Positions 19,639 through 30,393 are shown, counted from the first letter of the stretch. The stretch is DNA of 64,000 nt from Candidatus Cybelea sp. (GCA_035622135.1 DASPVZ010000007.1:13635-77634); one strand, 5' to 3'. A program made the numbers and translations. Notes: generated by a model from the sequence alone, not told the origin.

Positions 19639-20802
19639 TCAGAACACCGCACGTTTCTGGCGCTCCTGTTTTGTCCTGAGCGAGAAACGCGCTTCGACCG
19701 CATCACCGCGGGTGACGCAGGCGGCGACGTATTCGCCGACCGAAGGTCCATGTTTGAATCCGTGGCCTGAGCCGCCGCCCACGAGCCACACGTTGTCGAT
19801 CTCCGGATGACGGTCAATCAGGAAATCTCCATTGGAAGTATTTTCGTATTGGCAGACGCGTGTTTCGACCACCGGTGCGTCGCGCAAGGCCGGGAAACGG
19901 CGCGAGAGATAGACTCTGGCGGCCGCCAAAGCCTCCGCGCTCGCCACGCGCGACTCGCTGTCCGGATCAGCGGGGGGCCCGTGGCGATCGTGCGCAATTT
20001 TGAGCCCGCGATTCTCGAGATCGGGCATACCGTAGAACTCATCGCCCACATTGAGCCAGGTGGGTGTAGTGGGCGGTTGAAAGCGCTGGTCGCCCGCCGG
20101 AACGCCGAAGAAGAAAACCTCCTGGCGTGAAACGAACAGTCTGCCGCCCAAAACTTCCGGAAAGGTCTTCTCCAGCCAGGGGCCACAGGCGAACACAAAT
20201 GCGGCGGCTGAATACGTATCGCCCGCCCCAGTCGTGATCTCCTGCGCACGCCGGCGTTGGGCGACCGGAGGGCGAACGAAAGCGTTCTCGAAAGCGGCCC
20301 CGTGTTTTTGCGCCTCACGAACCACCGTTTCGACGGCTCGACGCGCCATCAGCACGCCGCTATCGGGCTCGAAAATGCCCCAGCAGTCCGGCTCGAACGA
20401 CATTGCCGTATGCCGCTCGACGAGTTGGCCGAGAGTGAGCTTTTCGAATCGGCAGCCGAGTTTGTCGAGGGTGGCCATTGTGTCCAGAGGATATTTCTCG
20501 CCCTCGTGCGCGATCCACAGAACGCCCGTGGGGTTGAAGAGTTCCGGCCGCCCGGATTCCGCCAACAGCTCCTTCCATTTCGGCAGAGCGTTCATGGACC
20601 AGCGCGTATAGATCTCGTCGGGCCCGTAGCCCATGCGAATGATGCGAGATTCACCGCCCGAGCTGGCGCGCGCGTTCGCCGGGCCGTAGGCGTCAACGAG
20701 CAGGACCTGGGCGCCCGATTTCTCGAGGAAGTAAGCGCTCCAGGAGCCGAATACGCCGGCGCCGATGACGATCACGTCGTAGGTTCGCCCTGGCGACATC
20801 AA
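19639..20802 (-). CDS. FAD-dependent oxidoreductase (DAO family; sarcosine/glycine-oxidase-like)
   Basis: Dinucleotide fold YDVIVIGAGVFGSWSAYFL...VLLVD and a C-terminal GGGSGHGFK block. 4-nt overlap with the ribE stop. Confidence 0.85.
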   Translation of the reverse strand: MMSPGRTYDVIVIGAGVFGSWSAYFLEKSGAQVLLVDAYGPANARASSGGESRIIRMGYGPDEIYTRWSMNALPKWKELLAESGRPELFNPTGVLWIAHEGEKYPLDTMATLDKLGCRFEKLTLGQLVERHTAMSFEPDCWGIFEPDSGVLMARRAVETVVREAQKHGAAFENAFVRPPVAQRRRAQEITTGAGDTYSAAAFVFACGPWLEKTFPEVLGGRLFVSRQEVFFFGVPAGDQRFQPPTTPTWLNVGDEFYGMPDLENRGLKIAHDRHGPPADPDSESRVASAEALAAARVYLSRRFPALRDAPVVETRVCQYENTSNGDFLIDRHPEIDNVWLVGGGSGHGFKHGPSVGEYVAACVTRGDAVEARFSLRTKQERQKRAVF

Positions 20803-21452
20803 AACCCTTCTTCGATCAGCCGGCCAACCGTGAGGCGTGAAACGGCCGGCGTGCCGCGGGATTCAAGCAGGCTTTCGACATACTTTGCGAGGATGTCGGT
20901 CTCGAGATTCACCGCGTCGCCCGGAAGCATGGCCTGCACATTGGTGCGCTCATAGGTGAAGGGAATGATGGCCATCTCGGCCACGCCGTCCCGCCAGCCG
21001 GCGACGGTGAGGCTGATGCCGTCCACCGCGAGGGAACCCTTTCGGACGACGTAACGACGCGACTCCTGCGGCACGCGCACGGCCAGCCACCAATTCTCTC
21101 CTTCGCGGGCCAGCCGCACGACGCGCCCCATACCGTCGACGTGCCCTTGCACGAAATGGCCGTTCAGGCGTGCCTGGGCCGTCAGGGGCCGTTCCAGATT
21201 GACCGCGTCGCCGATCCTCCGCTCGCCGAATGAGGTGCGGCGCAGGGTTTCGCCGGAGAGGTCGGCGGCCAGGATCTTGCGGCTGAATTCGACAACGGTC
21301 AAACAGCAGCCATTCACGGCGATGCTGTCGCCGAGCCTGAGGCCTCTCCCGATTTGGCGGGCATTGGCCAGATTGACGCGGAGCCTTGCGGCCCCTGCGC
21401 TGCGTTCAAGCGATTCAATTCTTCCGACGCCCTCGATAATCCCTGTAAACAT
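20799..21452 (-). CDS. ribE: Riboflavin synthase (alpha chain)
   Basis: Canonical MFTGIIEGVG start and internal duplication (SIAVNGCCLTV / SLAVDGISLTV). Confidence 0.92.
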   Translation of the reverse strand: MFTGIIEGVGRIESLERSAGAARLRVNLANARQIGRGLRLGDSIAVNGCCLTVVEFSRKILAADLSGETLRRTSFGERRIGDAVNLERPLTAQARLNGHFVQGHVDGMGRVVRLAREGENWWLAVRVPQESRRYVVRKGSLAVDGISLTVAGWRDGVAEMAIIPFTYERTNVQAMLPGDAVNLETDILAKYVESLLESRGTPAVSRLTVGRLIEEGF

Positions 21453-22569
21453 CGTGAATATATCCTTGCACGACGAAATCGGGACCGTAGCGGTCCACCA
21501 TCATGTGACCCAGGACCGGCGATTTCGGAAACCAGCGCGAAGAAATCTGCGCCATGGGAACGCCCCCCGTACCCATGATGCGCGGCGAATAGAAGAGAAT
21601 CAATTTGTCGACCAGGTCGGCTTCGAGCGCGCCGCCGTTCAGTGCCGCTCCTGCTTCGAGCAGCACATTGAGCATTTCGCGCCGCCCGAGCTCGCGTGCC
21701 ACTTCTCGCAAATCCACGCGGCCGCGGCGGGCTCGAACGCGAAAGACTTCGACACCGGCTCGTTTGAGCGCCCGCCCTTTCCTCGCCTGGGGGGACTCGA
21801 TGGTGAAAACGATGACATCGCCCTTCGCGGACCTGGCAAGCCTCGATCCGAGGGGCAGCCGCAAATGCGAATCGACGACGGCGCGCAAGAGTTTTCTGCG
21901 GCGCGGCTGGCCCGTGCGGTCGGTCAGCAGCGGATCGTCCACCAAAACCGTGCCGATCCCCGTGAGCAAGGCATCCGATTCATGGCGGAGGCGCTGGACG
22001 AAATCACGCGATGGCTGGCTAGAAATCGACGTCGAATGGCCCGGGCGCATGGCGATCTGGCCATCGAGGGTGAGGGCGGTCTTCAGCGTGATGAAGGGGC
22101 GTTCGGTTTGAATCCATTTTGCGAAGTCCTCGTTCGTTTCGCGCGCGTAGTCATCGTCGGCTTCGCGGACGTGTACTTCGAGGCCGGCCCGCTTGAGCGC
22201 CGCTAGGCCGCGACCGGCGACGGACGGGTTGGGGTCGATCATGGACACAAAGACCTGTCGGATGCCGGCCGCGACGATCGCTTCCGTGCAGGGTCCCGTG
22301 CGGCCCGTATGGCAGCAAGGCTCCAGGCTCACGTAGAGCGCGGCACCGCGCGCTGAATCGCCTGCCTGTTTGAGAGCCACGATTTCGGCGTGATCGCGAC
22401 GATCGTAATCATGGAAGCCCCGCCCGACGGCCAGGCCCTGCTTCACCACAACCGCGCCGACGCGTGGGTTGGGATGGGCCAGGGCCATGCCCTCGCGCGC
22501 CAGCCCCTCGGCTTCGTACATCCAGTAATTGTGATTGAAAACCGGGTCAGTCGAAGAGCGAGTTGACAT
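21415..22569 (-). CDS. ribD: Bifunctional diaminohydroxyphosphoribosylaminopyrimidine deaminase / 5-amino-6-(5-phosphoribosylamino)uracil reductase
   Basis: HPNPRVGAVVV, HAEIVAL, LEPCCHTGRTGPC (zinc deaminase), then a reductase domain (ITLKTALTLDGQIA). Start set to ATG 22569 because YWMYEAEGLAREG aligns with the E. coli RibD N-terminus. The longest ORF reaches 22623, inside ftsY. Confidence 0.9.
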   Translation of the reverse strand: MSTRSSTDPVFNHNYWMYEAEGLAREGMALAHPNPRVGAVVVKQGLAVGRGFHDYDRRDHAEIVALKQAGDSARGAALYVSLEPCCHTGRTGPCTEAIVAAGIRQVFVSMIDPNPSVAGRGLAALKRAGLEVHVREADDDYARETNEDFAKWIQTERPFITLKTALTLDGQIAMRPGHSTSISSQPSRDFVQRLRHESDALLTGIGTVLVDDPLLTDRTGQPRRRKLLRAVVDSHLRLPLGSRLARSAKGDVIVFTIESPQARKGRALKRAGVEVFRVRARRGRVDLREVARELGRREMLNVLLEAGAALNGGALEADLVDKLILFYSPRIMGTGGVPMAQISSRWFPKSPVLGHMMVDRYGPDFVVQGYIHDVYRDYRGRRKN

Positions 22570-23488
22570 AGGTTTCGGCGTCAAACGGCACCAGATCGTC
22601 CATCTGTTCGCCAGTTCCCACAAACCGAATGGGCAGGTTCAGCTCGCGTGCAATGGCCACGACGATGCCGCCCTTCGCCGTTCCGTCGAGCTTGGTCAGC
22701 ACGATGCCCGTAACTCCCGCATGACTCCAGAATTCGCGCGCTTGGTTGAGGCCGTTCTGGCCCGTGGTCGCGTCCAGTACAAGCAACACGTCGTGCGGCG
22801 CGCCAGGCACGATTTTCGAGGCCGTGCGCTTCATCTTTTCCAGCTCGGCCATGAGATTCGATTTTGTATGCAGGCGGCCGGCCGTATCGACGATCACCGC
22901 GTCCGCACCGCGGGCTTTCGCCGCGGCAAGTGCATCAAAAATTACGGCGGAGGGATCGGCACCCGATTTTTGCTTGATGACCTCCGCCCCCGCACGGCGT
23001 CCCCAGACCTCCAGTTGTTCGGTGGCCGCGGCGCGGAAGGTGTCTGCGGCGCACAGAATCACGCTCGCGCCTCCCCTCTTCAGCCGGCTGGCCAGTTTGC
23101 CGATGGTCGTCGTTTTGCCCGTGCCGTTCACGCCGACCACAAACAGAACGCGGGGCGCAATCTCGACGTTCCCGTTTGTTCCCGCGTCGGGAGCAGTCAG
23201 AATGCGAAGCACCTGAGATTTCAGTTCGCGGCGCAGCGCCTGGGAGCCTTCGAGTTTATGCTGATTGACCTCTTCGCGAAGGGCTCGAAGGACTTGCCTG
23301 GTGGTCTCGACGCCAATGTCCGCGCTGAGCAGAGCGGCTTCGAGCTGCTTGAGCAGCTCCGGATCGACGGGGCGATCGCCCGTAAGGATTTGTTCGACCC
23401 GCGCAGACAGCTCAGAACGCGTCTTGCTGACAGAATCCTTCAGCCGTTCAAGAAGCGTGGGTTCCGGTGGCCCGAAGAGGCTAATCAT
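22547..23488 (-). CDS. ftsY: Signal recognition particle receptor
   Basis: NG domain only (313 aa): [32 protein letters not shown]. Confidence 0.94.
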   Translation of the reverse strand: MISLFGPPEPTLLERLKDSVSKTRSELSARVEQILTGDRPVDPELLKQLEAALLSADIGVETTRQVLRALREEVNQHKLEGSQALRRELKSQVLRILTAPDAGTNGNVEIAPRVLFVVGVNGTGKTTTIGKLASRLKRGGASVILCAADTFRAAATEQLEVWGRRAGAEVIKQKSGADPSAVIFDALAAAKARGADAVIVDTAGRLHTKSNLMAELEKMKRTASKIVPGAPHDVLLVLDATTGQNGLNQAREFWSHAGVTGIVLTKLDGTAKGGIVVAIARELNLPIRFVGTGEQMDDLVPFDAETYVNSLFD

Positions 23489-23563
23489 AGAGTCCCCAAG
23501 CGGCGAACTCTATTTTAGCAAAGACCCCCAAGGCTAAGGAGGGAACCCTCCGTGAGCTCCGCG

Positions 23564-25381
23564 TCAGACTTCGACGAGCGTGGCGCTCAGGCGGAGGCGA
23601 CCGGTGTGAACGGCCTTATCGAGCGCGGCAACCACCTGCGCGTCGAATTTCGAAATGGACAGCGAACGGATGCGTTCGAGTGCGTAGGCAAGGTCCATCG
23701 CGGATTGATAGGGGCGATTGGTCGTGATGGCATCGAGCGTGTCGGCCACGGCAATGATGCGAGCCATCATGGGGATCTGATCTCCCTGCAATCCATAGGG
23801 ATATCCGCCGCCATCCATGCGCTCGTGGTGGAGCTCGATGCCGGGAAGGACGTCGCGGAGCTGAGCGACAGGCCGCATGATGTTGGCGCCCTTGACCGTA
23901 TGTTGCTTCATCAGATCGAATTCTTCGTCGGTCAGCTTCCCGGGCTTCTTCAGCACGCGATCGTCCACGCCGATTTTGCCCACGTCGTGAAGCAGCGCCG
24001 AAATACGCAGCCGATCCAGATCCTCGGCGTTCAGCCCCAGAATATCGGCAATGGTCACCGCATACTTTGCGACGCGGCCGGAGTGGCCCCGCGTGTAGGG
24101 GTCCTTCTCGTCGATGGCCGCCGCAAGCATGCGGATCGAACCGAGGAACAGCTCACGGTTTTCCGCGGCGGCCTGCTTCAGTTTTTCGACGTACTGTTCG
24201 ATGTCGCCCGCCATGTGGTTGAAGGTTTCGGCGAGCTCGCTGATTTCGGCCGCGCCCTCCACCTGGGCGCGCTCATGAAATTCAGCGCGGCTGATGGCGC
24301 GAGTCGATTCGACAAGGCCGCGAATCGGGCGCGTGATTCCGACGGCGAACAGATATCCGAACGCGAGCGCCACGAAGGTGACACCCACAACGAAGCTGAG
24401 CGCCTGAGCGCGCATTTCCTGAACGCCGGCGTCAATGCGCGCGTCGTCCAGGCTGCGTTGCGCAACCACGGCCCAGCCGAGCTCCGGAATCGTGCTGTAC
24501 GTGCCAATCATGTCGATGTTGCGATGCAAGTCCTTGTCGTAAATCGAAAAATTCGTGGTCGGGGTGGCGCGCAACAGGGCCGGCGTTTCCTTAAATTGCT
24601 TGACGAGCGGCGACATCGAGGTAATGTCGCGGCCCGGCACGAGTTCTCGCGTGTCCGGATAGGCCACAATGCGGCCGTGAACGTTGACAATAAAGACCAG
24701 ACGATGGCGAACGCTTACCTCGCGCAGGCGCGCCTGCAGACGGTCGAGAGAAACAACGGCGGCGAGCATGCCGCTGAACTGCCCGTCGGACAAGAGCGGC
24801 ACGGACATGACCATGGCGGGCCGGTTGTCCTGCCCCAGCGCGAATGGGTCGCTCATTCCTTCGATACCTTGAAAGCTGGCTTGGAACCCGCGCTTCAGCG
24901 CAGCACCGACAAAGGGATCTTGATCCGCGCTGAAGCTCCCGGCCGATTGCCCCTTCGCCGTGCGATTCACCGCCGTCACGTAAAGAATATTCGGATTGTT
25001 CTCCGCAAACTCCTCAAGGAGCCGTGACAGTTGCGGCGCATAAGTTGGATCGTCCACATCGTGGATCCAGCCCGTCAGCGTTAGCACCTGCCGCTGAGTC
25101 TTCAGCTGGTCCCGCAGCTCTTGCTCGAATTGCAGGGTTTCGCTCGCGAGCGAACGCGTGGTCTCGTTCTGCTGCACCTGCTCGGTCTCTTGCAGCTTCT
25201 CCTCACTGAGGCGCAGAACTTGCCGGTGATAGAGCCACAGGGGAGTGACGCTGACGAGCAGAAGGGCGCCCAGGATAATCCAAAGTATGCGGAGCCTGCG
25301 CGTCGTGAGGCGTGTCAGGGCTTGAATAGGCACGTCAGTCCTTACCCCAAAAATCCTAGCGGAGGGGGCGCGGGCAGACAA
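23564..25381 (-). CDS. Membrane sensor HD-GYP phosphodiesterase (periplasmic Cache-like domain, HAMP, HD-GYP)
   Basis: Two TM segments flank a sensor domain of about 270 aa. HAMP (RPIRGLVESTRAISRAEF...), then HDVGKIGV and HHERMDGGGYP. Confidence 0.9.
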   Translation of the reverse strand: MSARAPSARIFGVRTDVPIQALTRLTTRRLRILWIILGALLLVSVTPLWLYHRQVLRLSEEKLQETEQVQQNETTRSLASETLQFEQELRDQLKTQRQVLTLTGWIHDVDDPTYAPQLSRLLEEFAENNPNILYVTAVNRTAKGQSAGSFSADQDPFVGAALKRGFQASFQGIEGMSDPFALGQDNRPAMVMSVPLLSDGQFSGMLAAVVSLDRLQARLREVSVRHRLVFIVNVHGRIVAYPDTRELVPGRDITSMSPLVKQFKETPALLRATPTTNFSIYDKDLHRNIDMIGTYSTIPELGWAVVAQRSLDDARIDAGVQEMRAQALSFVVGVTFVALAFGYLFAVGITRPIRGLVESTRAISRAEFHERAQVEGAAEISELAETFNHMAGDIEQYVEKLKQAAAENRELFLGSIRMLAAAIDEKDPYTRGHSGRVAKYAVTIADILGLNAEDLDRLRISALLHDVGKIGVDDRVLKKPGKLTDEEFDLMKQHTVKGANIMRPVAQLRDVLPGIELHHERMDGGGYPYGLQGDQIPMMARIIAVADTLDAITTNRPYQSAMDLAYALERIRSLSISKFDAQVVAALDKAVHTGRLRLSATLVEV

Positions 25382-25452
25382 CGGGACGAAGGTACTGCTG
25401 GTAGCCGATAAGCTACAGCCCTATTGGCACTTAGGAACAACCGCTAACTGTC

Positions 25453-26061
25453 TTACCGGCGCAGCCTTAGGCGGGTTTCCGTGCCGGCCACCAGGCGCTC
25501 GATGTTCGGCCGGTGCTTGATCAAAACCAGGATGGAAACGGTGATTGTTCCGAGGGTGACGGCAAGTGGCGGGGCGTGTCGAGGAGCGTACAACACGTAC
25601 ATGAAAGCCGGGAGCGCCGCTGCGGCTATGATCGAGCCGAGCGATGAATAGCGCCAAAAAACAACCACCAGCAGCCACAGGAGGACGGCAGCGCCAACCG
25701 CCTCGGCCGAGATGGGCAGAAACACGCCGAGTCCGGTGGCCACTCCCTTGCCACCCTTAAATCCCAACCAGACCGGAAACATGTGACCGAGAACAGCGGC
25801 AACAGCGGCCGCCATCATCCATCGGATGCTTCCGTGCGTCCAGCGCTCGGCGAGCCACACGGCCAGATAGCCCTTGGCCGCGTCGAGCAGAAGCGTCAGT
25901 AGGCCGGCAAACGCGCCGGCATTGCGCGCCACGTTCGCTGCACCGATATTGCCGCTCCCAACCCCCCGGATGTCGCGGCCACGCGCCTTTACGATCAAGA
26001 AGCCAAAAGGAATCGAGCCTAACGCGTACGCGGCGAGAGGAATGAGCCACTCGGTATTCAC
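25453..26061 (-). CDS. plsY: Glycerol-3-phosphate acyltransferase (acyl-phosphate dependent)
   Basis: GSIPFGFLIV...GSGNIGAANV...KGGKGVAT motifs; polytopic membrane protein. 4-nt overlap with the thpR stop. Confidence 0.92.
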   Translation of the reverse strand: MNTEWLIPLAAYALGSIPFGFLIVKARGRDIRGVGSGNIGAANVARNAGAFAGLLTLLLDAAKGYLAVWLAERWTHGSIRWMMAAAVAAVLGHMFPVWLGFKGGKGVATGLGVFLPISAEAVGAAVLLWLLVVVFWRYSSLGSIIAAAALPAFMYVLYAPRHAPPLAVTLGTITVSILVLIKHRPNIERLVAGTETRLRLRR

Positions 26062-26627
26062 GACGCTTCCTCCACGAAGGGAAAGGTGTCGAGCTTGCGG
26101 TATTCCGCACCCGATGGATGGAGAACACTTTCGAAAAGATAGAACTCCGTTTCGCGCGCGGAGCCCAATTCTCCCGAGCCCAGGTCATTCGCGAGGCGAA
26201 CCAGTTCCGGTGCCTTCTCGGGCGCACGGAATCGCGCGAGCGTCAGGTGGGGCACAAAGTCGCGCGATTCGCGAGCGATTCCCAGCACCTCGAGCGCCCG
26301 ATCGATCTGGCTGGCGAGCACGGAAAGGTTCTGCGTTGCTTCAATGCCGCACCACACCACACGCGGGCGCCTTTCATCGGGGAAGAAGCCGACGCCCCGG
26401 AAGCGCATTTCGACCGCCTGCGGCGAGCGGATCGGTTCGAGTGCGGCGCGAACCTCAGCCCGCTTTTCAGGCTCCACATGGCCGATGAATTTCAGCGTGA
26501 TGTGCATTGCCTCCGGGCGCGCCCAGCGCGCGCCGCGACCTGCCGGCTTGAGTCGGGAGATCAGCTCGCCGAGCCGCTGGCGTAGGTCGTCGCGCAAGGC
26601 GAGTGCGACGAAGAGGCGCACGCTCAA
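26058..26627 (-). CDS. thpR: RNA 2',3'-cyclic phosphodiesterase (2H family)
   Basis: Two HxT/S motifs (HITLKFIG and HLTLARF). 189 aa. 4-nt overlap with the cinA stop. Confidence 0.87.
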   Translation of the reverse strand: MSVRLFVALALRDDLRQRLGELISRLKPAGRGARWARPEAMHITLKFIGHVEPEKRAEVRAALEPIRSPQAVEMRFRGVGFFPDERRPRVVWCGIEATQNLSVLASQIDRALEVLGIARESRDFVPHLTLARFRAPEKAPELVRLANDLGSGELGSARETEFYLFESVLHPSGAEYRKLDTFPFVEEAS

Positions 26628-27877
26628 CCCCGCCCACGCGCGGAATACGGGAAATGCCGACGGATCATGTCCAGTGCCGTTTGCGTGGCGTACTGGCGTA
26701 TGCGATCTCGGTCACCGGGAAAACGAAACGCCTTTTCGCTCGCGCCCCGTTCATCGGCCAGTCCGATATGGACCAGCCCCACCGGTTTTTCGGCCGTGCC
26801 GCCCGTGGGGCCGGCGATGCCCGTGATGCCGACTCCAATTTTCGCACCTGTGCGCCTGCGGATTCCGTCCGCCAGAGCCAAAGCCACCTCCGAACTTACT
26901 GCCCCTTTCGCCTCGATCAGTTCCTTGGGAACGCCCACCAGGGAGGTTTTCAGTTCGTTGCTATAGCAAACGACCCCCCCAAGAAAATAGGAGGAGCTGC
27001 CAGGCACATTCGTGAGCCGCTCGGCAAGCATCCCTCCCGTGCAGCTTTCCGCGACAGCGATCGTGGCATGATTCTCCGCGAGAATTCGCGCCACGACTTC
27101 CTCGAGCGACTCCCCTTGCGTCGAGTAAAGATTTTCACCAAGCGCCAGCCCCATCCGGCTGACAAGTTCATCGAGAAGCGTCTCCGCCTTCGGCGAGTCA
27201 TCCGACCACAGGCGCGGATGGAGCTGAATGCCTTGCGGCGAGGCGAGGATGGTGGTTTCCGTGGCAGGATAGAGGGCATAGAGAGGAGAGACGCGTTGTT
27301 CGACCTCCGATTCGGTGAGTCCGGTAATGCGCACGTCCCGCGTGTAGAGGCGCTCCCGGCGATCGAGCTTCGCCAGGCGCGGACGGACTTCGGATTCAAA
27401 TAGGGCGCGCAACTCGAGAGGCACTCCGGGCAGCAGGATCACAATGCGGCCGTCCTGCTCAAGCCACAGCCCGGGCGCCGTGCCACGCGGATTCGGCAGG
27501 ATGGTGGCCCCTTCGGGAATCATCGCCTGGCGCGTATTGATTTCCGGCATAACGCGTCCGAACCGGCGAAACCGTTCCTGAATCTGCTGCAGGATGGCAT
27601 CGTCGCGCCGGAGCTTTCGCCCGAGCAATTCCGCGACCGTATCGCGCGTGCGATCGTCATCGGTCGGGCCGAGGCCGCCGGAGGAAATCACGAGTTCCGC
27701 GCGACCGATGGCCTGCCCGAATTCCGAGCGCATTTCCTCGGGCGAATCTCCGACCACTGCCTTGTGGATGACGCGAATGCCGAGCTGGTTGAGCTCAGCC
27801 GTCAGGAAGAGGGAATTCGTGTCAAGGCGAAACGGGGTGAGCAGTTCGGACCCAACTGCAATGATTTCCGCGTTCAT
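26624..27877 (-). CDS. cinA: CinA-family competence/damage-inducible protein (MoCF-binding domain + PncC NMN amidohydrolase domain)
   Basis: MNAEIIAVGSELL start, GGLGPTDDD, and a C-terminal AESCTGGMLA...GIAGP block. Confidence 0.9.
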   Translation of the reverse strand: MNAEIIAVGSELLTPFRLDTNSLFLTAELNQLGIRVIHKAVVGDSPEEMRSEFGQAIGRAELVISSGGLGPTDDDRTRDTVAELLGRKLRRDDAILQQIQERFRRFGRVMPEINTRQAMIPEGATILPNPRGTAPGLWLEQDGRIVILLPGVPLELRALFESEVRPRLAKLDRRERLYTRDVRITGLTESEVEQRVSPLYALYPATETTILASPQGIQLHPRLWSDDSPKAETLLDELVSRMGLALGENLYSTQGESLEEVVARILAENHATIAVAESCTGGMLAERLTNVPGSSSYFLGGVVCYSNELKTSLVGVPKELIEAKGAVSSEVALALADGIRRRTGAKIGVGITGIAGPTGGTAEKPVGLVHIGLADERGASEKAFRFPGDRDRIRQYATQTALDMIRRHFPYSARGRG

Positions 27878-27972
27878 GCAGGGTCACCGAAATCCGAAAC
27901 TGTTGTACCCGATGCGAGCCGATGCTCGCAAGCCCGCAAACGCCTGGGCCTTCCGCCCAACAATTGCGCGAG

Positions 27973-30393
27973 CTATTCGTCCCGCAACATGCCCAGTACA
28001 TCGAGCCCGGCGGCTTTGGCGAGCGGAGACCACGTAGCGACGGCCACCAGCAGAAATAGCCCGGCTGCGGTCGATGCCAGCGTCCACGGATCGAGCGGAG
28101 CAACGCCGAACAGAAAGCTGCGCGTCGCACGCAGGGCCAGCATGCACAGCAGGACCCCCGGTACCAGCCCCGCCATGGCCATTGAAGCGCTCGAGCACAG
28201 AACCAGAATGGAGATGTCGGCTGCCGTGGCGCCCAGTGCCATGCGGATGGCGATTTCCCGGCGTCGCAACTCGATCAGGTAGGCGAGCGTGCCGTAGAGC
28301 CCAAGCGCCGCCAGCGCCATGCCCACAAATGCAAAACAGTTCAGGAGCCAAGCCGTAAAGCTCCGCAGCTTTACCGAATCCATGATGCGATGCGGCAAGC
28401 TTTCAATGTCGAACAGGGCCACGGCCGGATCCTGCCGGGAGAGCAGTTTGCGGACCGCGGACGTCACATCGGTCCGGCCAGCCTCGCGGACCGTGAGAAA
28501 CATCGCCGAGCTCGGAAGCTGAAGCTGGGGCCAATAAATTCCCGAGCTGGGCGCCGCGCCCAGCTCGTGCCCGGCCACGTTTCCGACAACACCGACGATG
28601 GTTGCAGCGTCATTATGGCAGCAGCCGTTGGCGACCAGTTTTCCGATGGGGTCCTGGCCCGGAAAATATTGGCGGACGAACTCTTCATCGACGATCACTA
28701 CCGACCGAGCCCCCGCAGTGTCCTCCGCTGTGAAGGTTCGGCCCCTGAGCAGCGGGATCTGCAAGGTCTCGAAGTACCGCGGCAGAACAACGTTCACTCT
28801 GGCGGCAGGGCGAAGCTGTGGCTCCGGCTGGTTGGGAAAGTACAGATCCGCCGTGTAGCCGCCGTAGCTGAATGGCAGTCCGAGAGCAGCCGAAGCGGAC
28901 CGGACGCCCGGGATGGCCGCCATGCCCTCGACCAGCGTGCGGAAAAACTCCGCCCGCGAGGTGGCGCTCGCGTACCGCGTCTGCGGCAGCTGGATACAGG
29001 CGCTCCAGACGTGCTCGGGCGAAAATCCAGGCGGTACCTTGAGCAATCGTAGGAAACTGCGGCTGAGAGCGGCGGCCGTGAACACAAGCGCCATGGCCAG
29101 ACCGATTTGCCCCGCGACTAGCGCTCCGCGCCACTTTGACGGCCCGGTGCTCGTCCTTCCCCCGCCGCTGCGAAGCGATTGATCCAGTGCCAGGCGCGAG
29201 GAGAGAATGGCGGGAAGCAAACCCGCCGCTAACGCACAAACGACACACAATCCAAGCGCAAACACGAGCGCCCAAGTCTCGATTTGCGCACGATGAATCG
29301 GGCCGTAGGTGTTGACGATCCGCACCAAGGCCGTCGCCAATCCGACGCCCGCGGCACAACCGATTCCGGCCAGCGTCAGTGTTTCCGACAGAATCTGCCG
29401 AATCAGCCGGGCCGCACTTGCGCCGAGTGCCGACCGCAGGGCCCATTCCCGCTGCCGCACGCTTGCACGGACCAGCAGCAGCCCGGAAACATTCGTGCAC
29501 GCGATCAGCAGAACGCAGGCCACCGCGCCGAAGGCGAGCAGCAGCCATTTGCGCACGTCCCTGGTCTGCTCGGCAAGCATCGGCTCGATCGAAAAATGCC
29601 ATCCGGACTTCTCCGGATACTCTGCGGGGTGTTGAACGGCCTCGCGGTGGCTCGCGCCGGCCAGAATCGCGTCGGCGCGTGCAAGATCAATTCCGAGAGC
29701 CAGCCGGCCCAGCATTTGGAGCCATTTATCGCCTCGTTTGCCCTCGGAGTAGTCTGCCGGGGGAAGGGCCAGGGGGACCCACATCTGAGTTGCAGGATAG
29801 GGAAAACGGAAATCGGCAGGCATGACACCGACGACTTGACAGCGCTCGCCGTCGAGTTCGATCGTCCTTCCCACCGTTGCGGGGTCTTGACCAAATCTGC
29901 TGCGCCAAAGTGCCGCGCTTAGAACCGCGACTTTCGGCGCTCCGTACCGGTCATCGCCGGGAAGTATGGTGCGCCCCAGTTGCGGACGAATTCCGAGCAG
30001 GGAGAACAAACTTGCCGACGCATTCACCGCATCAACGTGCTCGGCGTACGCCGAGTCACCGAGCCCCGTCATCGTGAAGTCGTTGAAGTAGTAGGCCGCC
30101 GTTTCGCTGAAGATTTCATGCTGCGCGGTCAAATCCGAGTAATCGGGCGCGGAAACGGCGGTGTGCCCGAGGGGGGAGGCGGGAAACTCGTTATGGACGT
30201 AAACGATGCGGGGAGCGTCGCGATAGGGAAGGGGCTTGAGCAGAACATCGTACAGCAGTGCAAAAACAGCCGTGGTCGAGCCGATTCCAACGGCCAGTAC
30301 GGCCATCGAGAGCAAGACAAAAGAAGGATTTCGTCTGAGTTGGCGCGACAGGAGGAAAAAGTCGGAAATCAGGTCACGCGCAGTTGAGCCCAT
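27973..30393 (-). CDS. ADOP-family duplicated MacB-like ABC permease (second copy)
   Basis: 806 aa with the same architecture as 14104-16605. N-terminal LSRQLRRNPSFVLLSMAVLAVGIGSTTAVF and C-terminal LAKAAGLDVLGMLRDE. Confidence 0.9.
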   Translation of the reverse strand: MGSTARDLISDFFLLSRQLRRNPSFVLLSMAVLAVGIGSTTAVFALLYDVLLKPLPYRDAPRIVYVHNEFPASPLGHTAVSAPDYSDLTAQHEIFSETAAYYFNDFTMTGLGDSAYAEHVDAVNASASLFSLLGIRPQLGRTILPGDDRYGAPKVAVLSAALWRSRFGQDPATVGRTIELDGERCQVVGVMPADFRFPYPATQMWVPLALPPADYSEGKRGDKWLQMLGRLALGIDLARADAILAGASHREAVQHPAEYPEKSGWHFSIEPMLAEQTRDVRKWLLLAFGAVACVLLIACTNVSGLLLVRASVRQREWALRSALGASAARLIRQILSETLTLAGIGCAAGVGLATALVRIVNTYGPIHRAQIETWALVFALGLCVVCALAAGLLPAILSSRLALDQSLRSGGGRTSTGPSKWRGALVAGQIGLAMALVFTAAALSRSFLRLLKVPPGFSPEHVWSACIQLPQTRYASATSRAEFFRTLVEGMAAIPGVRSASAALGLPFSYGGYTADLYFPNQPEPQLRPAARVNVVLPRYFETLQIPLLRGRTFTAEDTAGARSVVIVDEEFVRQYFPGQDPIGKLVANGCCHNDAATIVGVVGNVAGHELGAAPSSGIYWPQLQLPSSAMFLTVREAGRTDVTSAVRKLLSRQDPAVALFDIESLPHRIMDSVKLRSFTAWLLNCFAFVGMALAALGLYGTLAYLIELRRREIAIRMALGATAADISILVLCSSASMAMAGLVPGVLLCMLALRATRSFLFGVAPLDPWTLASTAAGLFLLVAVATWSPLAKAAGLDVLGMLRDE

